The position numbers were made by a program, and so were the translations under genes. From the NCBI GenBank assembly GCA_965225945.1, contig CBDDBZ010000034.1, positions 288,001 to 352,000 on the forward strand: DNA of 64,000 nt. The letters are read 5' to 3'. The notes under the pieces are model-generated. The model was not told the DNA's origin and ran no database searches. It worked only from the letters and a program-made list of their open reading frames with translations. This stretch comes from Alphaproteobacteria bacterium (GTDB lineage Bacteria > Pseudomonadota > Alphaproteobacteria > GCA-2731375). How positions within the stretch are numbered: position 1 is the stretch's first letter; each line of letters begins with the position of its first letter. Below, piece after piece: positions 51,936 to 64,000 of this stretch.

Positions 51936-53139
51936 CGGCTTCGTACCATTCGGCCAGTTGCCGGCGCTCCTCGCCGGTGATGGCGCTCACGTTGCCGGGC
52001 GGCATGGCGCGGCTGACGGCCGCCTGCAGATAGATCTCCCGCGCGAGGCGGCGGATGTCGGCGGCGCTTTCGAGGTGCACGTTCTTGGGCGCGCTCGCCA
52101 TCCCCTCCCAGGCGGGCTCGGCGCCGTGGCACATCGTGCAGCGAAATTCGACGATCTCGCGGGCCGCCTCGAAGCGGGCGTCGGCCACCGCCGTCTCAGG
52201 CCCGGCGCTCGCCTCGCGCTCCGCCGGCTCCGGGGCTGGGAAGGTCGAGAGCCAGACGATTCCCCCGAACGCCGCCGCCGCCACGGCCCAGGTCCACCAG
52301 GGCTTGGCGTTGCCGGCGTGCAGGGTGTTGAAGAAGTGCCGGATCACCACGCCCATCACCAGCACCAGGGCGACGATCACCCAGTTCCAGCGGGTCGCGA
52401 AGGCCAGCGGATAGTGCACCGAGAGCATCAGGAAGACGACCGGCAGGGTCAGATAGTTGTTGTGGGTCGAGCGCTGCTTGGCGCGCTTTCCGAGCGCCGC
52501 CTCGGGCATCTCGCGCGCCAACAACGCGGCGACGATTTTCTTCTGGTCCGGGATGATGATCATGAAGACATTCGCCGTCATGATCGTCGCGATCACCGCG
52601 CCGGCGTGGACGAAGGCGCCGCGGCCCGAGAAGACCTGGGTAAAGCCCCAGGTGAGCGCGATGAAGAAGGCGAAGAGGATCGCGAAGGCGATTTGGTCGT
52701 TGGCGGCGAAGACGCGGCACAGCACGTCATAGACGATCCAGCCCAGCGCGAGGCCGGCGAGCGAGACCCCAATCGCCTGCCAGGCCTCCAGCTCCAGCAC
52801 TTCGGCGTCGATCAGATAGAGCTCGGGGCCCGCATAGTAGACCACGGCGAGGAGCGCGAAGCCGGAGAGCCAGGTGGCGTAGGATTCCCACTTGAACCAG
52901 GTGAGCTGTTCCGGCATCGCGTCGGGCGCCACCAGATACTTTTGCATGTGGTAGAAGCCGCCGCCGTGGACCTGCCAGGTATCGCCGCCGACGCCGGCCG
53001 GCAGCCGCTCGTGCGTCTTCAGGCCGAGATCGAGGGCGATGAAGTAGAAGGAGGAGCCGATCCAGGCGATGGCGGCGACCACGTGCAGCCAGCGGACGGC
53101 GAAGCTCGCCCAGTCCCAGAGGATCGGGTCCCCTTCCAT
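51919..53139 (-). CDS. puuD: Urate hydroxylase with cytochrome c domain
   Basis: RWLHVVAAIAWIGSSFYF, WQVHGGGFY, WFKWESY, RSTHNNY, CTMCH. Confidence 0.93.
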   Translation of the reverse strand: MEGDPILWDWASFAVRWLHVVAAIAWIGSSFYFIALDLGLKTHERLPAGVGGDTWQVHGGGFYHMQKYLVAPDAMPEQLTWFKWESYATWLSGFALLAVVYYAGPELYLIDAEVLELEAWQAIGVSLAGLALGWIVYDVLCRVFAANDQIAFAILFAFFIALTWGFTQVFSGRGAFVHAGAVIATIMTANVFMIIIPDQKKIVAALLAREMPEAALGKRAKQRSTHNNYLTLPVVFLMLSVHYPLAFATRWNWVIVALVLVMGVVIRHFFNTLHAGNAKPWWTWAVAAAAFGGIVWLSTFPAPEPAEREASAGPETAVADARFEAAREIVEFRCTMCHGAEPAWEGMASAPKNVHLESAADIRRLAREIYLQAAVSRAMPPGNVSAITGEERRQLAEWYEAGVERR

Positions 53140-53194
53140 CGGCTCGAGCCTCCTTGTTCGCGTTACACGGCGGCGCTCCGGGCGGCGGTGAGGT

Positions 53195-53255
53195 GGTTAA
53201 GGGGACACAATACTTATCCTCACGAAGTGAGGATAAGTATTGTGTCCCCTTAACC
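53195..53255. repeat. Perfect 29-bp-arm palindrome (REP doublet-like)
   Basis: ggttaaggggacacaatacttatcctcac-gaa-gtgaggataagtattgtgtccccttaacc. Confidence 0.92.
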
Positions 53256-53293
53256 TATTTCCCCTTATCCAGTCCGCGCGAGCGGGCGTTTCC

Positions 53294-54367
53294 CTAGCTC
53301 TCCACGCCTTCCACGTACCAGTCCATCTTGTGCAGGTCGCCGTCGCCCAGCGCCTTGCCGGCGGCCAGCCGGCGGGCCCCCTTCCGGTCGGTGATCGGGC
53401 CTTGGAACGGCTTCCAACTGCCCTCGACGATGCCCTGCTGGACGGCGTCGGCCGCCTTGCGGACAGTGTCCGGCACCGCCTTGTTGTAGGGGGTTATCTG
53501 AACGACGTCCTCCTTCATGCCCCACCAGGTGTCGCTCGATTTCCAGCTCCCGTCGAGGACCTTAGCCACCCGGTCGATGTAATACTTGCCCCAGTTGTTG
53601 GCGATCGCCGTCAGATGCGCGTTGGGGGCGAAGGCGGTCATGTCGGAGGCTTGGCCGAAGGCGAAGAGGCCGCGTTGCTCGCAGGCCTGGAGTGCCGCCG
53701 GGCTGTCGGTGTGCTGCGAGATGATGTCGGCGCCCTGGTCGATCAGCGCCTTGGCCGCGTCGGCCTCCTTGGCCGGATCGTACCAAGTGCTGACCCAGAG
53801 CACGCGGGTGCGGAACGCGGGGTTCACCTTGCGGGCGGCGAGCGTGAAGGCGTTGATGCCCATCACGACCTCGGGGATCGGAAAAGACGCGATGTAGCCG
53901 CCGACGCCCGATTTCGACATATGCCCGGCGATGGTGCCGCAGACCGCGCGCCCCTGGTAGAAACGGGCGTTGTAGGTGGCGACGTTGTTCGCGCGCTTGT
54001 AGCCGGTGGCGTGCTCGAACTTCACCTTCTTGAAGCGCTTGGCGATCTTGATCGTCGGGTTCATGTAGCCGAACGAGGTGGTGAAGATCAGACCGTTGCC
54101 GCCCTTGGCGAGCTGGCGGATCACCCGCCCCGAATCCGGGCCCTCGTCGACGTTCTCGACGAAGCTGGTCTTGATCTTGTCGCGATAAGCCTTTTCCAGG
54201 TTCTTGCGGCCGACGTCGTGGGCGTAGGTCCAGCCGTGATCGCCGACCGGCCCGACATAGATGAAGCCGACGCCGAGCGGCGCCGCCCAGACAGGCCGGC
54301 CCAGAAACGGCACGCTCGCCGTCGCGGCGGCGGCGGCCAGAAAGTCGCGTCTCTTGATCCTCGTCAT
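53294..54367 (-). CDS. BMP family purine ABC substrate-binding protein
   Basis: Tat signal RRDFL, FIYVGPVGDHGW, TTSFGY, QHTDS. Confidence 0.92.
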   Translation of the reverse strand: MTRIKRRDFLAAAAATASVPFLGRPVWAAPLGVGFIYVGPVGDHGWTYAHDVGRKNLEKAYRDKIKTSFVENVDEGPDSGRVIRQLAKGGNGLIFTTSFGYMNPTIKIAKRFKKVKFEHATGYKRANNVATYNARFYQGRAVCGTIAGHMSKSGVGGYIASFPIPEVVMGINAFTLAARKVNPAFRTRVLWVSTWYDPAKEADAAKALIDQGADIISQHTDSPAALQACEQRGLFAFGQASDMTAFAPNAHLTAIANNWGKYYIDRVAKVLDGSWKSSDTWWGMKEDVVQITPYNKAVPDTVRKAADAVQQGIVEGSWKPFQGPITDRKGARRLAAGKALGDGDLHKMDWYVEGVES

Positions 54368-54394
54368 ATCCTCGTTTCCTCCAGGTTTGAGTCT

Positions 54395-55321
54395 CTACGA
54401 ACTGGCGCGGAACGGCTTGGCGAGACAGGCGGGCGCGCCCGCTTGCCCGCGCCCCCGGCGCAGCGAAATCACGGTCAGCACCAAAATCGTGGCGAGATAG
54501 GGCAACATGGCCAGGAACTCCGGTTCCAGCAGCGACAAGCCCGCCGCCTTGGCATGCAGCTCCAGCGTCATCACGCCGCCGAAGAGATAGGCGCCGAGGA
54601 AGAGCCGCCAGGGCCGCCAGGAGGCGAAGACCACCAGCGCCAGCGCGATCCAGCCCCGGCCCGCGGTCAGTTGATCGGCCCACAGCGGCGTCAACACCAG
54701 CGAATAATAGGCTCCCGCGAGCCCGGCCATGGCGCCGCCGAAGAGCACCGCCAGGTAGCGCACGCCGATCACCGAATAGCCGATCGAATGCGCCGCCTCG
54801 TCCGATTCACCGACCGCCCGCAGAATCAGGCCGGCGCGGGTCCGATTCAGGAACCAGACCATGGCGATGACGGCCAGCACCGAGAGATAGGCGATCGGAC
54901 TATGCCCGAAGACGATTCTTCCCCACGGATGCTCGGCCAAGCTCGCCGGGAAGATCGGCGCCACGACCTCCACCGTCATGCCGACGAAGGGGGCGCCGGC
55001 GAGCGAACTGACGCCGATGCCGAAGATCGTGAGCGCAAGGCCGGTGGCGACCTGGTTGGCGGTGAGCGTCAGTGTCAGAAAGCCGAAAATAAGCGAGGCC
55101 GCCGCCGCCGCCGCCATCGCCACCACGGCGCCGAGCGCGGCGCTTCCCGTGGTCGCGGCGACGGCGAAGCCGGTAACCGCGCCGACCAGCATCATGCCCT
55201 CGATGCCGAGGTTGAGAACCCCGCTCTTCTCCACCACCAGTTCGCCCAGCGCGGCCAGCAGCACCGGGGTCGAGGCGCCGACCACGGTCATCAGGATCGC
55301 GATGGTGATCTCGGCGCTCAC
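54395..55321 (-). CDS. Purine ABC transporter permease
   Basis: EKSGVLNLGIEGMM, GRGWIALALV. Confidence 0.92.
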   Translation of the reverse strand: MSAEITIAILMTVVGASTPVLLAALGELVVEKSGVLNLGIEGMMLVGAVTGFAVAATTGSAALGAVVAMAAAAAASLIFGFLTLTLTANQVATGLALTIFGIGVSSLAGAPFVGMTVEVVAPIFPASLAEHPWGRIVFGHSPIAYLSVLAVIAMVWFLNRTRAGLILRAVGESDEAAHSIGYSVIGVRYLAVLFGGAMAGLAGAYYSLVLTPLWADQLTAGRGWIALALVVFASWRPWRLFLGAYLFGGVMTLELHAKAAGLSLLEPEFLAMLPYLATILVLTVISLRRGRGQAGAPACLAKPFRASS

Positions 55322-56389
55322 GAGGCGCGCTCTCTCGCGGCCGGGGCGCCGAGCCGCACCCGGTAGCGGACCAGGATGTCCACCGCCAGGAGGAAGAACA
55401 GCATCATCGCCTGGAACATGCCGGTGGCTGCGTGTGGCAGGCCGGCCTCGGTCTGCGCCAGCTCGCCGCCGACGTAGGATACCGCGAGCACCAGGCCCGC
55501 GAGGATGATGCCGAGGGCATGCAGGCGACCTAGGAAGGCCACGATGATCGCGGTGAAGCCGTAGCCGACGGGGAACTGCGGCACCATCTGGCCGTACGGC
55601 CCGGCCACCTCGAAGGTTCCGGCCAACCCGGCGAGCCCGCCCCCCGTCAGCAGGCAGAGCCAGACCGTGCGCTTGGCGTCGAAACCGCCATGGCGCGCGG
55701 CGGCGGGGGCTAGGCCGGCCAGCCGCACCTCGAAACCGACGATGGTCCGCCCCATGACGATCCAGGCGGCGAGCGCGATCAATACCGAGATCGGCACCCC
55801 CATATGGACGAAGGAGTCCTCGGCTACCACCCCCATCGTCTGCCAATCGGTAAAGAGCCGCGACTGCGGAAAATTGTAGCCCTCCGGATCCTTCCACGGG
55901 CCCCGCATCAGATAGTAGAGCAGTTGGATTGCCACATAGTTCAGCATCAGGCTGGTGAGGATCTCGTTGACGCCGACCCGGGTCTTGAGGAAGGCGGGAA
56001 CGGCGCCGTAGAGCATGCCGCCCAAGAGCCCCGCCAGACACATCGCCGGCAGGATCCACCAACCCTCCAGCTCCCAGGTGGCGAGCGCGATGCCGGTGCC
56101 GGCGAGCGCGCCGAAGACGTACTGGCCCTCGGCGCCGATGTTCCAGACGTTGGCCCGGAAGCCGACGGAGAGGCCGACCGCGATGATGATCAGTGGCGCC
56201 GCCTTGACCCCGAGGTCGGGCCAGTGGGTCGGATCGATCACCGGCGTGATGAAGATCTGCCAAATGGCGCCGACGCCGTCGAAGCCCATCGCCTGGAAGA
56301 CCAAGGCACCGACGAGCATGGTCAGCAGAACGGCGAGCACGGGCGTCGCCAGCCGCATGGCGCGGCTCGGCTCGGCTCGCGGCTCCAGC

Positions 56390-56400
<11 letters not shown>
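55318..56400 (-). CDS. Purine ABC transporter permease
   Basis: WNIGAEGQ, NEILTSLMLNY, GYGFTAIIVAFLGRL. Confidence 0.92.
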
Positions 56401-57933
<1,533 letters not shown>

Positions 57934-57937
<4 letters not shown>

Positions 57938-58782
57938 GCCGCCGTCCCCTCGGCGATGGCCCCGTCCCTCGCCGCCTCTGCGAGCATCCGGGTCGCGATC
58001 TGGGCGGCGGCGAGCGCGGCGATCACCGACGGCCGCTTGTCCTTGAGCTCACGGCCCCCGATCGGCGAGTCCAAGCCTCGAAGCGCCACCTCGTCGCCGC
58101 CCTTGGCGAGGAAGCCCCGCTCGAAGCGGGCACGCTTGGTGTCGGAGCCCAGGAGCCCGACGTAGCGCGCATCCCGTCTGCCCAGGGCGGCGCCGGTGAT
58201 GGCAAAGTCGAGCGCGTGGCTGTGGGTCATCACCACGAAGCCGGCGCCCGACGGCGCGCGGGCGACTTCGCTGGCCGGATCCGGGCTCTCGATCGCGACC
58301 ACGCCGTCGGGCAGGTCGCAGAGCGCCTCGGCCCGCCCGTCGATCGCGGTAATGGCGAGCGGCAGCGGCGCCAGCGCCTGGAGCAGCGCCTTGCCGACGT
58401 GTCCGACGCCGAACTGATAGACCGCCGGGCGGTTCCGCCGGGCGGCGCCTTCCAGCGCTTCCAGTTCACCCAGGACCGTCGCGTCGGCCCGCCGCAGCGT
58501 CAGCTCGACGCGACCGCCGCAGCTCTGTCCGAGCGCGGGGCCGAGCGCCAGCGTCATCCCGTCGTCCTGGGGTGCACCCGACAGCAATTCCCGCGCCCGC
58601 TTTATCGCCAGCCATTCGAGCCGCCCGCCGCCGATGGTGCCGAGCGTATGCTCTGCACTCACCAGCATGGCCGCGCCCGATTCGCGCGGCGCCGAGCCGA
58701 GAGAATCGACCACCTTCACCAAGATCGCCGGCGCATCGGCCGCCAACAGGCGACGAAGCGGCGCGGCGAGAGCGTCCGTCAC
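57934..58782 (-). CDS. xdhC: Xanthine dehydrogenase accessory protein
   Basis: GSAPRESGA, GTIGGGRLE, LGQSCGG, MTHSHALD. Confidence 0.92.
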
Positions 58783-61109
58783 GCCCCCGCCTCCGCCGTT
58801 TCGCGCAGGCGATGAACCGCCGCCAGCACGGCCTCGGGCGTCGCCGGCGGGTCGAGCCTCGGGCAATGGCGATGGTCGGCCACGCTCGCCACCGCGTCGG
58901 AGAGTGCGTGCAGCACCGATATCGCCAGCATCAGCGGCGGCTCGCCCACCGCCTTCGAGCGGTAGATCGTCTCCTCCCGGTTCTCCGACCAGTCGGCCAA
59001 TTCGACGTTGAAGATCCGGGGCCGGTCGGAGGCGAGCGGGATCTTGTAGGTCGACGGCGCGTGGGTCCGAAGTCGCCCCTCGCCGTCCCACCACAATTCC
59101 TCGGTCGTCAGCCACCCCATGCCCTGCACGAACCCGCCTTCGATCTGCCCCCGATCCAGCGCCGGATTGAGCGAGCGTCCGACGTCGTGGAGGATGTCCA
59201 CCCGCTCGACCCGGTATTCCCCCGTAGCCGTGTCGATCGCGACCTCGGCAGCCGCCGCGCCGTAGGCGAAATAGTAGAACGGACGGCCGCGTCCCGCCAC
59301 GCGGTCCCAGTGAATTTTCGGCGTCTTGTAGAACCCGGTGGCGGAGAGCTGCACCCGCGCCAGGTAGGCCCGGCGCACCAGCTCGTCGAAGGCGAGCTCG
59401 GTATTGCCGACGCGGACCCGGTTGGCCAGGAAGACCACTTGGTCCGCCGGCACGCCGTGCGCCTCGGCGGCGAAGGCGACCAGGCGGCGCTTGATCGCCC
59501 GGGCGGCGTTTCGGGCCGCCATGCCGTTCAGGTCCGAGCCCGAGGACGCCGCCGTCGCCGAGGTGTTGGGCACCTTGGCCGTGGTCGTCGCGGTGATCTT
59601 GACCCGCGCGACGTCGATCTGGAACTCCTCCGCCACCACCTGGGCCACCTTCATGTAGAGGCCCTGGCCCATCTCGGTGCCGCCGTGATTGAGCTGGACG
59701 CTGCCGTCGCCATAGACGTGAACCAGCGCGCCCGCCTGGTTGTAGTGGGTCGCGGTGAAGGAGATGCCGAACTTGACCGGCGTCAGCGCCAGGCCCCGCT
59801 TGATCACCGGGCTTGCCCGATTGGCCTCGCGCAACCGCCGGCGCCGTTCGGCGTAATCGCAGCGTTCCGCCAGCTCGGCGACCAGCCGGGGCGCGATGTT
59901 GTCCTCGACCGTCTGGTGGTAGGGGGTGATCGCGCGGGCGCCCTCGCCATAGAAGTTCCGCTCGCGGATCGTCAGCGGATCCTCGCCCAAGGCGAACGCC
60001 ACTTCCTCGATCACGCGCTCGGCGCCGAGCATCCCCTGCGGCCCGCCGAAGCCCCGGAAGGCGGTGTTGGAGACCGTGTGGGTCATCAACGGTTCGGAGA
60101 TCAGGCGCGCCGCCGGGTAGTGGTAGCAGTTGTCGGCATGGAACAGCGAGCGGTCGGTCACCGGCCCGCTGAGATCGGCGGAGAAGCCGCAGCGCGCCGC
60201 ATAGGCCATGTCGACGCCCAGGATCCGGCCGCTCTCGTCGAAGCCGACCTCATAGTCGACCACCATGTCGTGGCGCTTGCCGGTGGCGATCATGTCGTCG
60301 TCGCGGTCGGGGCGGATTTTGACGGCGCGGCCGAGCTTGCGCGCGGCGAGCGCGGCGACGACGGCGAACAGGTTCGATTGCGTCTCCTTGCCGCCGAAGG
60401 CGCCGCCCATGCGGCGGACCTCGACGGTGACCGCGTTCGATGCCAGCCCCATCACATGGGCGACCATGTGCTGCACCTCGCTCGGGTGCTGGGTGGAGGA
60501 GAAGACGGTGACGTCGTCGTCCTCGCCGGGAAGTGCGAGCGCGATATGGCCCTCGAGGTAGAAGTGATCCTGGCCGCCGATCGCCATGCGGCCGGCGAGG
60601 CGCCGGGGTGCTGCGCGGATCGCAGACGGCGCATCGCCGAGGGCGAGCGTCAGCGGCTCCGTCACCACCGCCCCGCCGGCATCGCGCGCCTGGCCCACGT
60701 CGAGCAGCGCCGGCAGCGGCTCGACCTCGACGCGGGCCAGGCGGGCGGCGCGCCGCGCGGCGTCCCGCGTCTCGGCGACGACGGCGAACAATGGCTGGCC
60801 GTGGAACAGGATCGTCTCCTCGACGAACACCGGCTCGTCGTGACGGCCGGTCGGGCTGATGTCGTTGACGCCCGGGATGTCGGCCGCCGTCAGCACGGCG
60901 ATAACACCGTCCTGGGCGCGCACCGAGCCCAGTTCCAGCGCCTCGAGGCGGCCGTGCGCCACCTGCGACAGGCCGAGGTAGGCATGCGCCAGACCGGCCG
61001 GCGGCGCCATGTCGTCGATATAGATCGCCTGGCCGGTGACGTGCTTCTCGGCCGAATCATGGGCCAGGGCCTCCGCCACCCCGCCTCGAATGGTCTCGGG
61101 CCTAGACAT
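58779..61109 (-). CDS. xdhB: Xanthine dehydrogenase molybdopterin subunit
   Basis: HDSAEKHVTG, GGAFGGKE, AFRGFGGPQG, SKAVGEPP. Confidence 0.95.
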   Translation of the reverse strand: MSRPETIRGGVAEALAHDSAEKHVTGQAIYIDDMAPPAGLAHAYLGLSQVAHGRLEALELGSVRAQDGVIAVLTAADIPGVNDISPTGRHDEPVFVEETILFHGQPLFAVVAETRDAARRAARLARVEVEPLPALLDVGQARDAGGAVVTEPLTLALGDAPSAIRAAPRRLAGRMAIGGQDHFYLEGHIALALPGEDDDVTVFSSTQHPSEVQHMVAHVMGLASNAVTVEVRRMGGAFGGKETQSNLFAVVAALAARKLGRAVKIRPDRDDDMIATGKRHDMVVDYEVGFDESGRILGVDMAYAARCGFSADLSGPVTDRSLFHADNCYHYPAARLISEPLMTHTVSNTAFRGFGGPQGMLGAERVIEEVAFALGEDPLTIRERNFYGEGARAITPYHQTVEDNIAPRLVAELAERCDYAERRRRLREANRASPVIKRGLALTPVKFGISFTATHYNQAGALVHVYGDGSVQLNHGGTEMGQGLYMKVAQVVAEEFQIDVARVKITATTTAKVPNTSATAASSGSDLNGMAARNAARAIKRRLVAFAAEAHGVPADQVVFLANRVRVGNTELAFDELVRRAYLARVQLSATGFYKTPKIHWDRVAGRGRPFYYFAYGAAAAEVAIDTATGEYRVERVDILHDVGRSLNPALDRGQIEGGFVQGMGWLTTEELWWDGEGRLRTHAPSTYKIPLASDRPRIFNVELADWSENREETIYRSKAVGEPPLMLAISVLHALSDAVASVADHRHCPRLDPPATPEAVLAAVHRLRETAEAGA

Positions 61110-62562
61110 CGGCGAGCCTCGAAGGTTCGTCGGGCCGCATCGTCTCCAGGAAGAAACGCCGCAGCAGGTTGCCGGCGACCCGAGCCCGGTAGCCGGCGCT
61201 CGCCCGCCAGTCGTCGATCGGCGCGTAGTCTCGGGCCAGCGCGGCAATCGCGGCATCACACGAGGCTTCGTCCCAAAGCGCGCCGGCGAGTGCGCGTTCC
61301 GCCCCCGCCGCACGGCGGGGTGTCGCCGCCATGCCGCCGAAGGCGATCCGCGCGGCCGTGATCCGCCCCGCGTCGTCGAGATCCAGGCGGAAGGCGCCGC
61401 AGAGGGCGGAGATATCCTCCTCCAGCCGCTTGGAGACCTTGTAGACCCGGAAGTGGGTGGCGGCGCCCGGTCTCGCTATCACCACGGCCTCGACAAACTC
61501 GCCCGGGCCGAGGTCCTGGCGGCCATAGTCGATGAAGAAGTCCTCCAGCGGCAGGACACGGTGCTCCCCGCCCCGGCGCAGCTCCAGCTCGGCGCCCAGC
61601 GCGATCAGCGGCGGCGGCATGTCGGCGATGGGCGAGCCGTTGGCGATATTGCCGCCGATGGTGCCGGCGTTGCGGACCTGGGCGCCGCCGAATCGCACCA
61701 GCAGCGGCTCGATTTCCGGCACCAGGCGGGCAAGCGCGGGCCAGGCCTCGGTATAGCTCGCGCCCGCGCCGATCCGCAGGCCCGCCTCGCTCTCCTCGAT
61801 CGCCCGCAAGGCCTCGACCCGGCCGAGGTGGACGATCGGGGACGGCTCGCGAAGTTCCTTGGTGACCCAGAGGCCGACGTCGGTGGCGCCGGCGACCAGC
61901 GTCGCCTCCGGCTCCGCGAGCACGATCTCGGCCAGGCTCTCCAGGCTCGCCGGCTGGAGGAAGCCGCCGACCCGGACGGTGGCGCCGTCGTCGAGCGCGG
62001 CGAGCCGTTCCGCGTCGCCTTCGCTCTCCGCCACGAGGGGATCGTCTTCCCGCTCAGCCAGCTCGAACATCCGCCGGCCGGCGGCGACGATCGGCGCATA
62101 GCCGGTGCAGCGGCAGAGATTGCCCTGCAGCGCGATCTCGATCTCCCGCTCGCTCGCGTCGTCGCGCGCCAACCAGAGCGCGGCGAGCGCCATCACGAAG
62201 CCGGGCGTGCAGAAACCGCACTGGCTGGCGTGGTGGTCGACCATCGCCTGTTGCACGGGATGGAGCCGGCCGTCCGGCCGCCTGAGTTCCTCGACCGTCA
62301 CCAAGCGTCGGCCCTCGAGGCCGCCGAGAAAGGCAATGCAGGCATTGATCGCCTGGTAGCGCATCGCGCCACCCTCGGGTCGGCCGACCAGCACCGTGCA
62401 GGCGCCGCAGTCGCCTTCCGCGCAGCCCTCCTTGGTGCCGGTGAGCCGCGCGTCTTCACGCAACCAGTCGAGTACGGTCCGGGTCGCAGCGAAACCGGAG
62501 ACCTCGCGCACCACGCCCCCCATGAGGAAGCGGACGCAGCCACGCTCGGGCGAGGGCGCCAT
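61102..62562 (-). CDS. xdhA: Xanthine dehydrogenase small subunit
   Basis: GTKEGCAEGDCGACT, QCGFCTPG, GNLCRCTGY. Confidence 0.95.
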   Translation of the reverse strand: MAPSPERGCVRFLMGGVVREVSGFAATRTVLDWLREDARLTGTKEGCAEGDCGACTVLVGRPEGGAMRYQAINACIAFLGGLEGRRLVTVEELRRPDGRLHPVQQAMVDHHASQCGFCTPGFVMALAALWLARDDASEREIEIALQGNLCRCTGYAPIVAAGRRMFELAEREDDPLVAESEGDAERLAALDDGATVRVGGFLQPASLESLAEIVLAEPEATLVAGATDVGLWVTKELREPSPIVHLGRVEALRAIEESEAGLRIGAGASYTEAWPALARLVPEIEPLLVRFGGAQVRNAGTIGGNIANGSPIADMPPPLIALGAELELRRGGEHRVLPLEDFFIDYGRQDLGPGEFVEAVVIARPGAATHFRVYKVSKRLEEDISALCGAFRLDLDDAGRITAARIAFGGMAATPRRAAGAERALAGALWDEASCDAAIAALARDYAPIDDWRASAGYRARVAGNLLRRFFLETMRPDEPSRLADV

Positions 62563-62934
62563 TCAGCTTCCCCGATAGGTCGAATAGCCGAACGGCGAGA
62601 TCAGCAGCGGCACATGATAGTGAGCGCCGGGCTCGGCGATGGCGAAGCGGATCGGCACCTCGTCCAGGAAGGGAGGATCGGCCACGGGCGCGCCCTGGGC
62701 GCGAAAATAGCCAGCGACCCGGAACACCAGCTCGTAGCGACCGACGGCAAAGCTCTCGCCCGCCAGCAGCGGCGCGTCGGTCCGCCCCTCGGCGTTGGTG
62801 TGGGTCTCGACCAGGGCGTGCGCCGAATCACCGTCGAGGGCCGAGAGGAGGATACCGATTCCCGCCGCCGGCCGGCCGGACATGGTGTCTAGGACGTGCG
62901 TCGTCAGGCGCCCTCCGGCGCTCGGCGAGGCCAT
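62563..62934 (-). CDS. uraH: 5-hydroxyisourate hydrolase
   Basis: LTTHVLD, HYHVPLL, YSTYRGS. Confidence 0.95.
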   Translation of the reverse strand: MASPSAGGRLTTHVLDTMSGRPAAGIGILLSALDGDSAHALVETHTNAEGRTDAPLLAGESFAVGRYELVFRVAGYFRAQGAPVADPPFLDEVPIRFAIAEPGAHYHVPLLISPFGYSTYRGS

Positions 62935-63058
62935 GGGCCACCTCCCCTGACATAACTTCGCTACCCCCCCAACAGTCTGCGCCAAGCCCGCGCGATTGCA
63001 AACGACTTTGAAACGAGGTGGAAATCGGCGAACAATTCGCCTCGAGGAGTGCTTTGAG

Positions 63059-64000
63059 ATGACCGAAAGCTATCCGAGGGACCTGCGCGGCCACGGTGCC
63101 GCGCCGCCCGATCCCCGCTGGCCCGGAGATGCCCGGATCGCCGTGCAATTCGTCCTCAACTACGAGGAGGGCGGCGAGAACAACATCCTGCACGGCGATG
63201 CCGCCTCGGAGGCGTTCCTCTCCGAGATCGTCGGCGCCCGGCCTTGGGCCGGCCGGCGCCACATGAACATGGAAAGCCTCTACGAATATGGCGCCCGCGC
63301 GGGCTTCTGGCGGATCCGGCGGCTGTTCGAGGATCGCGGCGTGCCGCTGACCATCTTCGGCGTCGCCACGGCGCTGGAACGCTCGCCCGAGCAAGTGGCG
63401 GCGATGCGGGAATCGAATTGGGAGATCGCCTGCCACGGCCTAAAGTGGATCGACTACGCCGAATTCGACAAGGCGGCCGAGCGCGAGCACATGGCTCGCG
63501 CGATTCTGATCCACGAACGGGTTACCGGCGAGCGCCCGCTCGGCTGGTACACCGGGCGCGCGTCGGAACACACCACGGAGCTGGTGATGGAGGAGGGCGG
63601 CTTCCTCTATTCCGCCGACAGCTATGCCGACGACCTGCCCTATTGGCTGGCGCACGGCGAGGGCCCGCAGCTCATGGTGCCCTATACGCTCGACGCCAAC
63701 GACATGCGCTTCGCCACCCCCCAGGGCTTCAACGCCGGCAGCCAGTTTCTCGATTATCTGAAGGACAGCTTCGACGTGCTCTACCGCGAGGGCGTCGAGG
63801 GGGCACCAAGGATGATGTCGATCGGTCTCCACTGCCGCTTGGTCGGCCGCCCGGGGCGGGCCGCCGCGCTCGCCCGCTTCCTCGATCACGTCCAAGGCCA
63901 CGATTCGGTTTGGCTCGCGCGGCGGATCGACATCGCGCGCCATTGGCACCGCTATCACCCACCTGCGGGCATCGGCCCGAGCGGGATGAACGAGGCGATG
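63059..64000 (+). CDS. puuE: Allantoinase PuuE (runs off the window; possibly fused to OHCU decarboxylase)
   Basis: YPRDLRG, VQFVLNYEEGGE, YEYGARAGFWR, HGLKW, GLHCRL; no stop after the domain end. Confidence 0.93.
   Translation, partial: MTESYPRDLRGHGAAPPDPRWPGDARIAVQFVLNYEEGGENNILHGDAASEAFLSEIVGARPWAGRRHMNMESLYEYGARAGFWRIRRLFEDRGVPLTIFGVATALERSPEQVAAMRESNWEIACHGLKWIDYAEFDKAAEREHMARAILIHERVTGERPLGWYTGRASEHTTELVMEEGGFLYSADSYADDLPYWLAHGEGPQLMVPYTLDANDMRFATPQGFNAGSQFLDYLKDSFDVLYREGVEGAPRMMSIGLHCRLVGRPGRAAALARFLDHVQGHDSVWLARRIDIARHWHRYHPPAGIGPSGMNEAM

Overview
High-GC alphaproteobacterial (Rhodospirillales-like, inferred from gene content) chromosomal window with three zones. (1) 1-28.6 kb is an accessory, IS-saturated zone. 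It holds an IS1595 remnant, two inverted copies of a tyrosine-recombinase + IS91-like Y2 transposase element, an IS1111-type IS110 with a long 3' non-coding end, IS110 and RAYT remnants, IS256, and two nested IS21s. The inner IS21 is an atypical 4-ORF element with a structured leader, a Zn-finger/Arg-rich ORF, istA, istB and a toprim/primase-like passenger with substituted catalytic residues. Small genes flanked by palindromic repeats look cassette-like. (2) 29-35 kb is a corrinoid-dependent methyl-transfer operon (MtaA/CmuA-like, corrinoid protein, RACo/ASKHA activator, pterin-binding methyltransferase, two unknowns). (3) 35-64 kb is mostly housekeeping: RidA, GST, sterol-desaturase-family genes, CoA transferase, a pentapeptide gene interrupted in frame by a group II intron with a doubly broken RT, ABC transporter, suhB, efp, CDF, pdxH, and a purine catabolism cluster (guaD, puuD, ABC, xdhABC, uraH, puuE). 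Many frameshifts and short tandem duplications indicate genome decay and/or assembly error. All calls are from motif recognition by eye; no database search was run.
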